From Hemiscyllium ocellatum (taxonomy: Eukaryota): a stretch of 64,000 nt of DNA. Where the stretch lies: the NCBI RefSeq assembly GCF_020745735.1, contig NC_083431.1:21108496-21172495 (forward strand). The letters run 5' to 3'. How positions within the stretch are numbered: the first letter of the stretch is position 1; each line of letters starts with the position of its first letter. The translations under genes were made by a program, and so were the position numbers. A model generated the notes under the pieces. The model was not told where the DNA came from. It saw only the letters and a list, made by a program, of their open reading frames with translations, and searched no databases. Positions 11,819 through 23,929 of this stretch are shown in pieces.

Positions 11819-14800
11819 CTGGGGCAGAAAAACAGCATTCTTTACTTAAGTGAACTTCAAATTTTCATTAAATTGCCTTAAACGTGAACCAGTGCATATA
11901 GCTGCAGATGCAATTACTGTGAGATCATGTAAGATTGGATGACGAGAGTTCAGTGACTACAGAAGGAACAGCTTAAACAACCCTCTTTGGTTATTAGATT
12001 AGATTAGATTTACAGTGTGGAAACAGGCCCTTCGGCCCAACAAGTCCACACCGACCCGCCGAAGCGCAACCCACCCATACCCCTACATATACCCCTTACC
12101 TAACACTACGGGCAATTTTTTTAGCATGGCCAATTCACCTGACCTGCACATCTTTGGACGGTGGGAGGAAACCGGAGCACCCGGAGGAAACCCACGCAGA
12201 CACGGGGAGAACGTGCAAACTCCACACAGTCAGTCGCCTGAGGCGGGAATTGAACCCAGGTCCCTGGCGCTGTGAGGCAGCAGTGCTGACCACTGTGCCA
12301 CCGTGCTGCCCTCTGTGCCACCGTGCCGCCCTATTTTTCAACTAGTTAAAATTGATCAACCAAGTTATTTTCTTCAGGCCTAAGGTAAAACGTTATTTTA
12401 GATATAACAAACCCGACAAGATCTTCAAGTTGCTAAGGTGTACAAGATTGTACTGAATCCAGTGAAGTATTCCTCCTTAAGTTCCAATAATCAATCTTTA
12501 CTGAAAACACTGTACATGAATAGGAAGGGAAATACGAATAAGTTAATTTAGGATATCTGGTTGAAATGGATGAGTTGGACCGAAGGGTCTGTTTCTGTGT
12601 TGTACAACGAAATGACTACTCACGCGCCAGCTTGAACCTTCATGGATCCAACTTCATTGTTGCACCATCCCATGGCTTGCAAAGAGGGGTAGTCATCACA
12701 CATCTCCCACTGTCTTCCAATGAAGTTTTCCTTCTCAAAAATGACAATTTTGGATTCTTTATGGTGCTAAAGGAAAATGATATATATTTTGAGTACACTT
12801 GAATAGCTGAGTTACTGTTACCAGTGAACAAAACAATGTCAGCATTTAAGAAGTACTGAGTGTATATCTCTGTAATTCAGTATTTTATATTTGTCACAAA
12901 GGATGTAAAATTTAAATTTCTATACCTTTCCTTGCAGCATCTCATTTTACTCCTGAGAATAAAGTTGCTATTCATGTTCCCTTTATGTTCAATTATATCT
13001 TGTGGAGCATGCTGACTGCATCTAAAACCAGCCTTGTTATAGGCTGACAGATGCATCATTAAACTTTAACATAGTTACCAAGGACTTCAATTAGAGAAGT
13101 ACATTTCAGCACCGTTCATTTCTTTTATTGTGTTTCAACACCAGGTATTAATGACATCATTCTACCAATATTCACAAATCAGTATCCCCGTCTCTGTATT
13201 TGTGATCATAAAGGCATCCAGGAGCTTGAACTTTATGAATAGAGGCACAGCTTATAAAAGCAAGGAAGTTATGAACCTTAATAAAACCAGTAGTTTGTAG
13301 TCAGCTGGAGCACAATGATAGATGGGAGAAGTTGGGGTTGGAAAAGAGAAGGTTAAGGGGAGATTTGGTAGAAGTGTCCAAAATCTAGACAGAGTTGATA
13401 GAAAGAAACTTTTTCCATCTGAGATGTTGTTCAAGAACCTGAAGATACTCAAGGTGTGTGGAAAAAAGATGCTACAGGAACATGAGAAAGAACAATTTCA
13501 ATGCACTGAGTGGTTAGGATCTTAAACACTGTGTGTGAATATGCTGGCAAACGGTCCAATTCTGGCTTTGGAAAGGAAATTGGATAAACACGTTTTTGAA
13601 GAGAAAAAATTGCTGAGCCAGAGGGTAAATTGGGGATTGGGTTTAACAATGATGCTGTTGCAGTGAACCATATACCCATGATGGGCTGAATGGCTTATTT
13701 CTATAATCATTGTATTATTCCAAGATAATATAATTTTAAAAAGCTGGCAGAATGATGAGGTCAAAAATGTAACCATGTGATATTATATTTAATGAGTAAC
13801 ATTGCCTTATTTTATGTTATATGTTACACTGTCAGTTATGCTATCATCAAGCCCTATAGATACTGAATAGTGAACTGACTTACTGCAGAACAAATGGGGC
13901 GGAAGGACATGAGTCTTTCAGTGTGGTAAGCATTGCTGCCACTCCAGGCATCCCAGCGAGGGTATTCTCCTTTCTCCAGGATAAATTGTTGTCCAAAAAA
14001 GCTGGAATGCTCATAACCAGCCCAGCTACAAGAAAAAAGAAATTGCTTTCATTCAGGTTTTTGAAAACAAGGCACATTTACGCTTGTTTTAAAATTGAGA
14101 TAGGCTGAATGGCCTGCTTCTCTGTTGTCAGGATTCTATGGAAAAGAAAACACAAATAGCTTCCAACTTATTATCTCTTAGTAATAATTTGCTGCTTTAA
14201 TAGAGCACCTACACATTGTGCAGTAACGCGCCTGAATTGTTTCGCAATTTTACATTTGAAATATGACTTCAATTGTATTAATCTCTGTTGTAATAGTTAA
14301 AGAAAGATCTTTAAACTATCTAAAACTGACAGGGGTCTCCTTGAGGAGCAGAATAATTTGTTTCTATGAAAAATTAGATAAAAAGAGTTGAATCTACATC
14401 CAAGAATGCTTGAATTTCCAATGGTTTCTGCCATGCAGAGTGAAAGTCATACTGGCGCAGTCTGAAAACATTCCCAATTGAGCCCTGCAGCAGTAGAGCT
14501 GTGACTGGCCCACTGATGTGGCAGTAATTATATCAATTAAAAATATGATACGCCTCAATCTTCTTGATCTTTTACTTCCGTCCATCACATTCTGTATTTC
14601 AATGGATATCCGCCCTTCAAACAGGCTCCAAGTCTGATTCTCAAATGCAGTATCCTCTAGTTGCACCTATTTGAAAGTGGGGGGGATTCCCAACATTGCG
14701 GTCACATTTTTCAGCAAGGCAGAAACTAAGTCATTTTTCTGGTCTTTTAATCATAATTTTTGAATAATTAAAAGAAAGAAAACTTCACTGAGGCTTGATA

Positions 14801-16290
14801 TGTACTTTCTGGATTAATGCATTCTTACACAGCACAGCTTCTCCAACTGGAACTTCTGAACCCATTGACTTTAATGTGCTTAAATAGTAATTCAATTAAT
14901 TCAAATATCCTTGGTGTGGATTTTGTATTACCTTGGATCCCAATTGTTTCAATGTTTTATGGCCATTTTAAGTTTGGACATAGTGTAATGACATTGGAAG
15001 AATACTTGGGGATAATTGAACAAAATGGACACGCTAGTGGATCAATTTACAGGTGTAACTTGTAATTTGTGCCTAAGGAGGAAATTCTAGGCTATACTGT
15101 CCTGAGATCAAGTGACTTGACAGGCTAGCATTAACTCAATGAATTCTTTTAACAAAGAAAAACAGAATTCTCTGGAAAAACTCAGCTGGTGTGGTGGCTA
15201 CTGTGGAGAGAAAAGAGTTAATGTTTCAAATCCAGTGACCCTTACTTTGGATTTGAAATGTTAACTCTGTTTTCTCTCCACAGATCTTGCCAGACCTGCT
15301 GAGTTTCTCCAGCAATTGCTGTTCTTGTGTTTCAGATATCCAGCATCCGCAATTGTTAGTTTTGTTTGCATTTATTTTTGCAGCAATAAAGTCAGTTTTA
15401 GACTCTATCATATGCATGTACCTTTATGAGATATACATGCATTCCTGTATAAATGTGTGTTACACAGACTTGTCTGAAAATCTGATGTTCTTCATGCAGA
15501 AGGTGAACAAAAGTTGAGGGAAACATTAAAATTTGGGATTCCTGACATCCATCTGTACCCCACACTCGGACTCACTGGGGCTATATTGTCACTTGATCAT
15601 TGCAACTTGGCATTAAACACCCACTCAAGGGGTCTTACTCTCACTCTGTCCCCACCTCAGGTTTACAATGTCGCTGCTGTTTGAAAACTGCATCAGAACA
15701 AAAATAGATGTGTAATTGAACCCTCAATTAATTGGTACTAATTTTAGATCAATAATACGTATGAAGTTGATCTAATTCTCTATAACATCAGTGTCTAACC
15801 AGATTCTCTTGAGCAAATGAACCAACTGCTTGTAAAAAATGTATGTAAAGGTAAAAATAAAATGCATTTCTGTAAACTGGTTAGTATGGTTTGCAAATGA
15901 CAATGGATTTTAAAAGCTGATGATTCAATTTTAAGCAAGATTGATAAAATTGCTTCAGAATATGTTTGAAAGTGATGGTTAGGGCTTCATTGTTTTGTTG
16001 TAAAAATATGTAAAGGCTGTTGACTCACGCTCCGCAATCAACTTTGATGGATCGAACATTGTCAAAACCACAATCCATTATATTCTTGCAGGAAGCAGTG
16101 AATTCCATCCTCTTGCCCTGGAAATTTTCTTGATCGTAAACAGTAATCTGCAGCAAGATAATTATTATTACTCTTTTCATGAAATTCGGTGAAAAGAGCA
16201 CTAATCAAAAACAGGTTAGTCAATTCTGACTAAATATTCTAGAAAAATAAATGGCACCTTGAAAACTCCTGCAGGGTTTATTTGCGCCAT
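11671..16290 (-). CDS. cryba1: Beta-crystallin A1 (betaA3/A1), 194 aa from the betaA1 ATG
   Basis: complement(join(11671-11818, 12624-12766, 13884-14025, 16029-16147, 16258-16290)). Exon sizes 119/142/143/148 are typical of betaA-crystallin Greek-key exons. Protein [31 protein letters not shown]...[21 protein letters not shown]...[18 protein letters not shown]. Confidence 0.95.
11995..12330 (-). mobile_element. HE1-type V-SINE, full length, in cryba1 last intron
   Basis: Starts GGCGGCACGGTGGCACAG on the minus strand; V-core; (TAGAT)n tail; CpGs largely intact, so probably young. Confidence 0.9.
12624..12766 (-). CDS. cryba1: cryba1 exon (Greek key 3)
   Basis: [47 protein letters not shown]; 143 nt; TAG acceptor, GTGAGT donor. 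Confidence 0.95.
13230..13720 (+). mobile_element. Old CR1-like LINE 3' fragment
   Basis: Degenerate similarity to the other CR1 3' ends (AAGGTTAAGGGGAGATTTGGTAGA..., GATGGGCTGAATGGC tail). Confidence 0.55.
13884..14025 (-). CDS. cryba1: cryba1 exon (Greek key 2)
   Basis: [47 protein letters not shown]; 142 nt; TAG acceptor, GTAAGT donor. Confidence 0.95.
15153..15365. mobile_element. Short palindromic Penelope-derived element (family B)
   Basis: Imperfect inverted arms (CTGTGGAGAGAAAAGAGTTAATGTTTCAAATCCA / TGGATTTGAAATGTTAACTCTGTTTTCTCTCCACAG) plus CCAGCATCCGCA terminus. Confidence 0.65.
16029..16147 (-). CDS. cryba1: cryba1 exon (Greek key 1)
   Basis: [39 protein letters not shown]; 119 nt; CAG acceptor, GTGAGT donor. 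Confidence 0.95.
16258..16290 (-). CDS. cryba1: cryba1 exon 2 coding part ([11 protein letters not shown]); the exon starts at 16314
   Basis: T-rich acceptor TTTTTCAG|GATAAG at 16314; ATG at 16290; donor AAG|GT at 16257. Confidence 0.85.
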
Positions 16291-16537
16291 GCTTGTAGCT
16301 TGGAGTTTCTTATCCTGAAAAAAAAGGTCAAATGGCATCATTTCTCTTCACAAGGCAACAGCTGGTAGAAATGTATCAATATTTAATATATAAAATCCTG
16401 GCTAATTCTAGTGTAATATTCCATTATATGTGGCTGACTTGATGCTGCAGAGAAAATCACAAAGTAGAAATGAACAATAAATAAATTGAGACAAAACAAA
16501 GGAATTTAAAATTAAAAGCAAGAAACACTCAACTTAC

Positions 16538-16700
16538 CGGAGCCGAGCTGTATGGGGTAGGTTCCAAAAATGATTGAGTTGGGTTTCATCTCTCCTATTT
16601 ATAGTCAAACATTGAATAGAAAGTGAGAAGTGAGCGAGTCAGATTCGTGGTCCAGTGAGCAGCAGATATGAATGCCAACATCTCATTGTTTGTGGCTGAT
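16538..16700 (-). promoter_or_regulatory. cryba1: cryba1 promoter and short exon 1 (about 16571-16538)
   Basis: Minus-strand TATAAATA 16603-16596, initiator-like TCATTTT with A at 16571, donor CCG|GTAAGT at 16537, Sox-type AACAATG at 16690-16684. Confidence 0.75.
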
Positions 16701-17315
16701 CCCATGGATTTCTGTTTCAACCCTATGCTGGGGCAGGAGCAGAAAGATTAAAATCTGCATGTCTGATTTTTGCATGAATAACCTTTAAATAAAAATGTAT
16801 TGTAAAAATATGTTTAATATAATTTGTTAACAGAAAATAACTAAGAACAGAACATGGTTGATTTGAACACTGACTTTGAAATCATACACTGGCATGCTAG
16901 CAAGTTATCGCTAATATTTGTTTCAAAATCTGCTCATGAGTTCTTGTTGCTGGTAAAATGGAGCCAGAGGTATAACTATCAAATATGGGTTGGCTTTTGA
17001 CTGTTATCTCATGGCTTATGTACTTAAAAAGATGTACCACTTAAATAATTAGTTGCTTGGATTTTTATTGAATAGCTAAAGCAATTATATATATTTAGAA
17101 TATTCACATGCGTAAAGTCTTATCTTTGGCCAACATGTTTTGAGAGCACTGACAAGCAATTTGCACTAGTCAGTTTTTAAAATCCCAAGTTATTAGAGTT
17201 ACTCAGAAGGTATACAATTAGGGTGTTCAACTCCTCAAGTTATCATTGTTATAAAAATTAAAATGTTACAACTTTTATAAGCATTGATTAGTTAAAAAAA
17301 AGTTTCAATTAAAAT

Positions 17316-19530
17316 AGACCATAAGACTAGAAGACATAGGAGCAGAAATTAGGCCATTCAGCCCATCGACTCTGCTCCACCATTCAATCAAGGCTGATAA
17401 GTTTCTGAACTCCATTCTCCTGCTTTATCCCTGTAACCCTTGAAGCTCTTGATATATCTATCTATCTATCTATCTATCTATTGTACATCCAATGACCTGG
17501 ACCCCACAGCCTTCTGTGGCAATGAATCCCATGGATCCACCACTCTCAGGCCGAAGATGTCCCTCCCTATCCCTTCTAAAAAGGTCCTCCCTTTATTCCA
17601 AGGCAATGCCCTCAGGCCCAAGTCTCTCCTACCAATGGAAACATCTTCCCAACATCTACCCTGTCGAGACCATTCTGTGTGTTTCAAATAGATCCCCCCC
17701 CCCCCCCCTCCCCATCCTTCTAAACTCAATTGAGTATAGATCCAGAGTTCTCAAATGTTCCTTCTATGTTAGGCTTCAGTCCTGGGACCATTCTTGTGAA
17801 ACTCTTCTGAACACGTTCCAGGGCCAATCCATCCTTCCTGAGATATTGGGCCCAAAACTGCACACAATATTCCAAATATGGTCAGACCAGAGCTTCAGAG
17901 GCACATTCCTGCTTTTATATTCAAGTCCTCTCAAAATAAAGCCATCTTTGCATTTGCCTTCCCAACTATTGACTCAACCTGCAGGTTTACGTTGAGAGAA
18001 TCCTGGACTAGAACTCCCAAGTCTCTTTGCACTTTTGATTTCTGAAGTTTCTCCCCATTTAGAAAGTAGTCCATACCAAAGTGTATGACCTCACACTTGC
18101 CCACGTTGTCCTCTACCTGCTACTTCTTTGCCCATTCTCCTAACCTGTCCAAATCCTTCTGCAGCCTCCGTGCCTCTTCAATGCTACCTGTCCCTCTGCC
18201 TATCTATGTATCATCTGCAAACTTAGCCAGAATGCCCTTAATTCCTTCATCTAGATCATTAATGTATAAAGTGAAAAGTTGTGGTCCCAGCACTGAGCCT
18301 TGTGGAACACCATTTGTTACAGGCTGCCATCCTGAGAAAGACCTTATTAATCCCACTTTCTGCTTTCTGCCAGACAGTCAAGCTTCTATCGATGCTAGTA
18401 CTCTGCTTCTGACACCGTAGGCCCTTATCTTGCTCAATAGCCTCCTGTCCAACACCTTGTCAAAGGTTTCTTGAAGTCCAGGTAGATAGCATCCATTGGC
18501 TCTCCTTGGTCTCACCTGCCTGTTACTTCCTCAAAGAATTCTAACAGATTCATCTGACATGACCTCCCCTTGATGAAACCATGCAAACTCCGCCCTATTT
18601 TACCACACACTTCTAAGTATTCAGAAATTTCGTCCTTCACAATGGGTTCCAAGATTTTACCTATGACCGAGGTTACATTAATTGGCCTGTAATTTTCCAT
18701 CTTTTGCCTTGCTCCCTTTTTAAACAATGGTGTCATGTTCACAATTTTCCAATCCTCTGTGACCCTCCCTGATTCTAGCAATTCCTGAAAGACCGCTTCC
18801 ACTACTTCTTCAGCTACCTCCCTTAGAACTCTGAGGTGTAGTCCATCTATTCCATGGATTTATCCGCCTTCAGGCCATTCATTTTTTCTAGCACCTTGTC
18901 CTTGGTGATGGCCATCATATTCAGCTCTGCCCCCTCACTCTCAAAGTTTTGGGATATTACTTGTATCTTCCATTGTGAAGACTGACACAAAGGAATTATT
19001 CAGTTTCTCAGCTATTTTCTTGTTCCCCACTACTATTTTCTCCAGCATCATTTTCCAGTAGCCCAATGTCCACTTTTGCTTCCCTTTTGCCTTTTATATA
19101 TCTAAAGAATCTCTAACAGTCTTCCTTTATATTACTAGCTAGCTTATCCGCATATTTAATCTTCTCCCTCTTCATTTGTTTTTTTTTTGTTGCCCTCTGT
19201 TGGTCTTGTTGGCTTCCCAATCCTCTGGTTTCCCACTGTCCTTCACCACATTATATACATTTTGTTTTGCTTTTATGCTATCCCTGACTTCCCTAATAAG
19301 CCATGGTTGTCTCATCCTCCCTGTACCATGCTTCTTTTTCCTCAGGATGAATCTCTGACTTGTCTCCTGAATTATCCCAGAAACTCCTGACATTGCTGTT
19401 CCACTGTCTTTCCTGCTAGGCTGCTCGCCCAGTCAAATCTACCCAGCTCCTCCCTCATGCCTCTGCAGTTGCCTTTATTCAGATGTAATACCGTTACCTC
19501 GGATTCTACCTCTGATTTCTACCTCTGAAA
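17316..19530 (-). mobile_element. CR1-family LINE, decayed 2.2 kb ORF2 fragment
   Basis: ORF 18512-18802(-) DWKIVNMTPLFKKGARQKMENYRPINVTSVIGKILE...[21 protein letters not shown]; [10 protein letters not shown] and FADD encoded near 18200-18310(-). Contains (TATC)n at about 17454-17480. Confidence 0.9.
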
Positions 19531-19577
19531 TAAACAGTAATGGGCTGAATTTTGTGGTAAACATTATGGTGAGACTA

Positions 19578-20765
19578 AAAAGGGAGGTCTGCAGATGCTG
19601 GAGATCAGAGCTGAAAATGTGTTGCTGGTTAAAGCACAGCAGGTCAGGCAGCATCCAAGGAACAGGAAATTCGACGTTTCGGGCCAGAGCCCTTCATCAG
19701 GAATGAGGAGAGGGTGCCAGGCAGGCTAAGATAAAAGGTAGGGAGGAGGGACTTGGGGGAGGGGCGATGGAGATGTGATAGCTGGAAGGAGGTCAAGGTG
19801 AGGGTGATAGGCCGGGGTGGGGTGGGGGCAGAGAGGTCAGGAAGAGGATTGCAGGTTAGGAGGGCGGTGCTGAGTTCAAGGGAATCGACTGAGACAAGGT
19901 GGGGGGAGGGGAAATGAGGAAACTGGAGAAGTTGATGAACAAAGAAGTCCATCTTCCGCAACTACACTGGCACTATCCCCCACCTTTTCCTCCGCTACAT
20001 CGATGACTGTATCGGCGCTGCCTCGTGCTCCCACGAGGAGGTTGAACAGTTCATCAACTTTACCAACACCTTCCATCCTGACCTCAAATTCACCTGGACT
20101 GTCTCAGACTCCTCCCTCCCCTTCCTAGACCTTTCCATTTCTATCTCGGGCGACCGACTCAACACAGACATTTACTATAAACCGACTGACTCCCACAGCT
20201 ACCTGGACTACACCTCCTCCCACCCTGCCCCCTGTAAAAACTCCATCCCATATTCCCAATTCCTTCGTCTCCGCCGCATCTGCTCCCAGGAGGACCAGTT
20301 CCAGTACCGTACAGCCCAGATGGCCTCCTTCTTCAAGGACCGCAGATTCCCCCCAGATGTGATCGACGATGCCCTCCACCGCATCTCCTCCACTTCCCGC
20401 TCCTCCGCCCTTGAGCCCCGCCCTTCCAACCGCCACCAAGACAGAACCCCACTAGTTCTCACCATCGCCAGAACATAACAACACGACAGTTGGAGGAAGA
20501 GCGCTTCATCTTCCGCCTGGGAACCCTCCAGCCACAAGGGATAAACTCAGATTTCTCCAGTTTCCTCATTTTCCCTCCCCCCACCTTGTCTCAGTCGATT
20601 CCCTTGAACTCAGCACCGCCCTCCTAACCTGCAATCCTCTTCCTGACCTCTCCGCACCCACCCCACTCCGGCCTATCACCCTCACCTTGACCTCCTTCCA
20701 CCTATCACATCTCCACCGCACCTCCCCCAAGTCCCTCCTCCCTACCTTTTATCTTAGCCTGCTCA
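19578..20765. mobile_element. Penelope-like element: inverted terminal repeat, RT fragment, 15-bp TSD
   Basis: TSD ATTATGGTGAGACTA at 19563-19577 and 20766-20780. Plus-strand RT LFLRYIDDCIG...FHPDLKFTW...LPFLDL (YIDD at 19996-20007). About 19720-19930 is the reverse complement of about 20555-20763. Confidence 0.9.
19669..19704 (-). ncRNA. Minimal type I hammerhead ribozyme motif in the PLE terminal repeat
   Basis: Minus strand AUUC-CUGAUGA-A-GGGC-UCUG-GCCC-GAAAC-GUC-GAAU: conserved core, stem II, stem I (AUUC/GAAU) and GUC cleavage triplet. Confidence 0.75.
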
Positions 20766-22649
20766 ATTATGGTGAGACTATCAACATTCCCTATTATTAA
20801 ACTGGACAGCACCTTGCAGTATGTCACATGTGTAGTTAAGTATGGGATTCAGGAGGTTGCTGTTTGAACTGTCCACTGCCTGATGTTTTTCTGTGCTGGT
20901 AATCTCACAGAAGAACTTAAGTAGGTAATACATAGATGGACAAGAAATTGTAACACCTAAGGAATAGATACCCAAAACACTCACAAAACAATATAAAACT
21001 TGTCTATTCCAGTGTATGTAAATACTTAGCAGCAAGAAACATCTTAAATTCTGCCAAACAACTACTTTGGCACTGAAATAGCATTGTATGAATATGTAGA
21101 CCCCTTCTTTCAGAGTTAATTGATTATTTATTCATTTTTAAATAACTTAATTTTTTAAATTTTAACTTTCTTTTCTTTTATCTTCCTCTCTTAATTCAGT
21201 CTGTCTTTCCTTCAGTTTATTTCTCTTTCCATAAATATCCTAACTTGTATTTCCTTTTTCAAAGTAATTATGTTTCAATCTGAATTCATCAGTCTGATTG
21301 ATTATATTGTTAAATAATTGCTGTGTTTACACAGATTTCTAGATCCCCTGCTTCCTTTGGTTTTCCAATGACAAGAAGTTATGGGGCAAAATCCCAATGG
21401 ACATGTGTGAGCTAGTGTCAATGTAATGAAATGATGTAATTAATTAATTTATCATTGATCAAGCTTTTAAAGATAATGTTTCATACATAAATTGAAATTA
21501 CAAATTCATTCGAGAATCAATTGGATACATATCAGTAGAAATTGGACAATTTTATTTTTGCGAATAAATGTAACAAAGGGTGTGATTCTTGTTTCTGGCA
21601 TCACATGTTGCAATTTAACGTTAGTGTGCTCAAGTGAATGCTGGTAGGGGGAGATGATGCCATATGATTCAACTTCTGTTATGTATAATTATTATTTTAT
21701 CCTGAAGTTGTGCTAATTTATCTTGTATCATTGAATTTCAAGACACATTGGACAACAGTTTTAGAAAGTTAATTTTGTTTGTTTAATTTCAATTTTGTTC
21801 CAGTGGAGGATAAGATAATTCTTTATTTTGATGTCAGTGGCCTACTGAGCATTTCTGAGCTGCAGTGTCAATCTGGCAGGACATTCATTAAAAAAAACTT
21901 GTAAAGGATAAATCGCTTAAGTATTTTTTTCACACTTTTACTGTAACATAAACTCTAAACTTAAAACATTTACTTGAACTGTAACAAAAGAACACTGCAC
22001 TTAGCCAAAGTTTGCAAGAAACTAAATCTGCTTCACGATGGGAAATGTCCTGCAGATCCTACATCTGATCACTAATTTCTGGGTAACTGCAGGAATGTGT
22101 GTTGACATAAGGAAGGTTTGCACTCACTGCTAATCTTAGCCCCTCCAATATTGCCATACAATCTCAATTCACTCATAAAGAATGATCATTTAAGTGAACC
22201 ACCAGAGAACAGCAAACATCTACTGAATCACACCCTCATTATATCAGTCTGATCAGGAAAAGAGGGTAAAAATGGAAAGGTATAATTACAGAAGGAAATC
22301 TAAACACAATGTGAGATTGATTGCATACAATAGTTACAAAACATTTTATGGGACATCTCATGTAGCAGCATATATACTACTTATGTTATACCATTGCTAC
22401 CCACTAAGTCCATTACTTGGCCAGTTATTGCAGTGAGATAAATGTGTTAAATGGAGCCCTGATCCACAGTACTTATCATACACATCATACAATTTCATAA
22501 TAACATTTAGAAGCATGCAACTCCATGTGGATAATGCCTTTTCAAGGAGTTCTTTGAATGGTAGACCTATGAGATTTTAGGCGAGTGGGTATACCATGTA
22601 GGAGAAAGTCAACAAAAGAGGTAAATACTGCCAAGTGTAAATATTTTTA

Positions 22650-22750
22650 ATCAACCTGTTCAGACATATTATAGTACACCTCTGGAGCAAGTAGGGCTTG
22701 AAGCTAGGCCTCTGGCTTGGAGCTAGGGATGCTGCCAATGTGCCATAAGA
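22650..22750 (-). mobile_element. Short tRNA-derived SINE-like repeat (second copy at about 28884-28985)
   Basis: Both copies share TCAACCTGTT...TACACCTCTGGAGCA...CTTGAA...TAGGCCTC...TAGGGA; B-box-like TTCAAG on the minus strand. Confidence 0.55.
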
Positions 22751-23604
22751 ACCTGCCAACTAGTTACAACTTGAGTAGCTGGAGCAATGTTAATGTATAC
22801 AGCTGGATTTAATGCCCTAGATTAGGTTGTCATAAAAATACCTGTTTCTGAATGCTTACAAAGTAAGGATCTGCTAGATGTTTGTGCAAGCACATACTTA
22901 ATGTAAAGGCTGAACTTAAGAACAATAACTTGTATTTATAGAGGATCTTTAACATAGAAGAATGACTCAATGTGGAGGACAGTTCTATAGTCAGATAACA
23001 ATCATCAATGAGGCATAGCATGGTGAACGAGTTTAGTTTAAGGTAGGCCTTCAATCACAAGAGAATTGGAAAAGTGGAAAGGTTTTGGGAGGGAATTTCA
23101 ACTATTGTGATCTAGATAACTGAAGACATGGTTGTTAGAAGCGATACATTGATTTGAACAGATGCAGAGTTCTTGGAGAATAAAGGAAGAGGGTAAGTAG
23201 TCTTTTTTAATTGAATACAGCATGCAGCATAGAAATAGACCTTGAGCAGAGCAGGTCAATACTGATGTTTCTGCTCCAAAGGAGCTCTCATCCTTCTTCA
23301 TCTAATACTATTAACATAACCTTTTCTTAGTGTATTTACTTAATTTCCACTTAAATGCATCCGTAGTATAGTTGACTACTGTGTCACTTACACATTCCTA
23401 TCTGTAAATGCTAGCTCACTTGATATGATTAAAATGATATAAACCATAAAGAGATAATCTCTTTCTTTTCTTCCTGTGTAATGCTAAGCTGGAGACCTTT
23501 ATTTCAAAACCACGTGGAAAAAGCCAGTTAATTATGTTGAGGCTTTGAAAATGTTGAACTCAAGGATCAGAATTTGGAAATTGTGGCTTTGGGATTTTTA
23601 AAAA

Positions 23605-23917
23605 CATTCATTCACAGGATAAGGCAGTATTTATTGCCCAGAGGGCAATTAAGAGTAAACCACATTGTTGGGGGTCTGGAGCCATACATAGGCCAAACCA
23701 GGTAAAGATGGCAGTTTCCTTCCAAAGAGGGCATTAGTGAAGCAGATGGTTTTTTCCAACAATGGATTCATGGTCATCATTAGATTCTTAATTTCAGATT
23801 TTTTTTATTGAATTCATATTCTACCATCTGCCATGACAGAATTTGAACCTCGGTCCCCAGAAGATTATCTGGGTCTCCGGATGAACAGTCCAGCAATAAT
23901 ACCATTCGGCTATTGCC
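23605..23917 (-). mobile_element. tRNA-derived SINE with (GAAT)n-type tail
   Basis: Minus strand GGCAATAGCCGAATGGTATT...GGGGACCGAGGTTCAAATTC (A/B boxes), ending ATCCTGTGAATGAAT. Confidence 0.65.
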
Positions 23918-23929
23918 AGCCCTTTAGCT

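Noticed and set aside
12230-12330. tRNA genes at SINE heads (also about 1730-1792, 22650-22750, 23840-23917)
   Set aside because: A/B boxes are present but continue into SINE bodies, with no convincing cloverleaf.
16538-16589. ATG at 16589(-) as the betaA3 start
   Set aside because: It lies only about 7 nt after the TATA box, upstream of the predicted TSS, and after splicing reads GGA TAA (stop), out of frame with betaA1.
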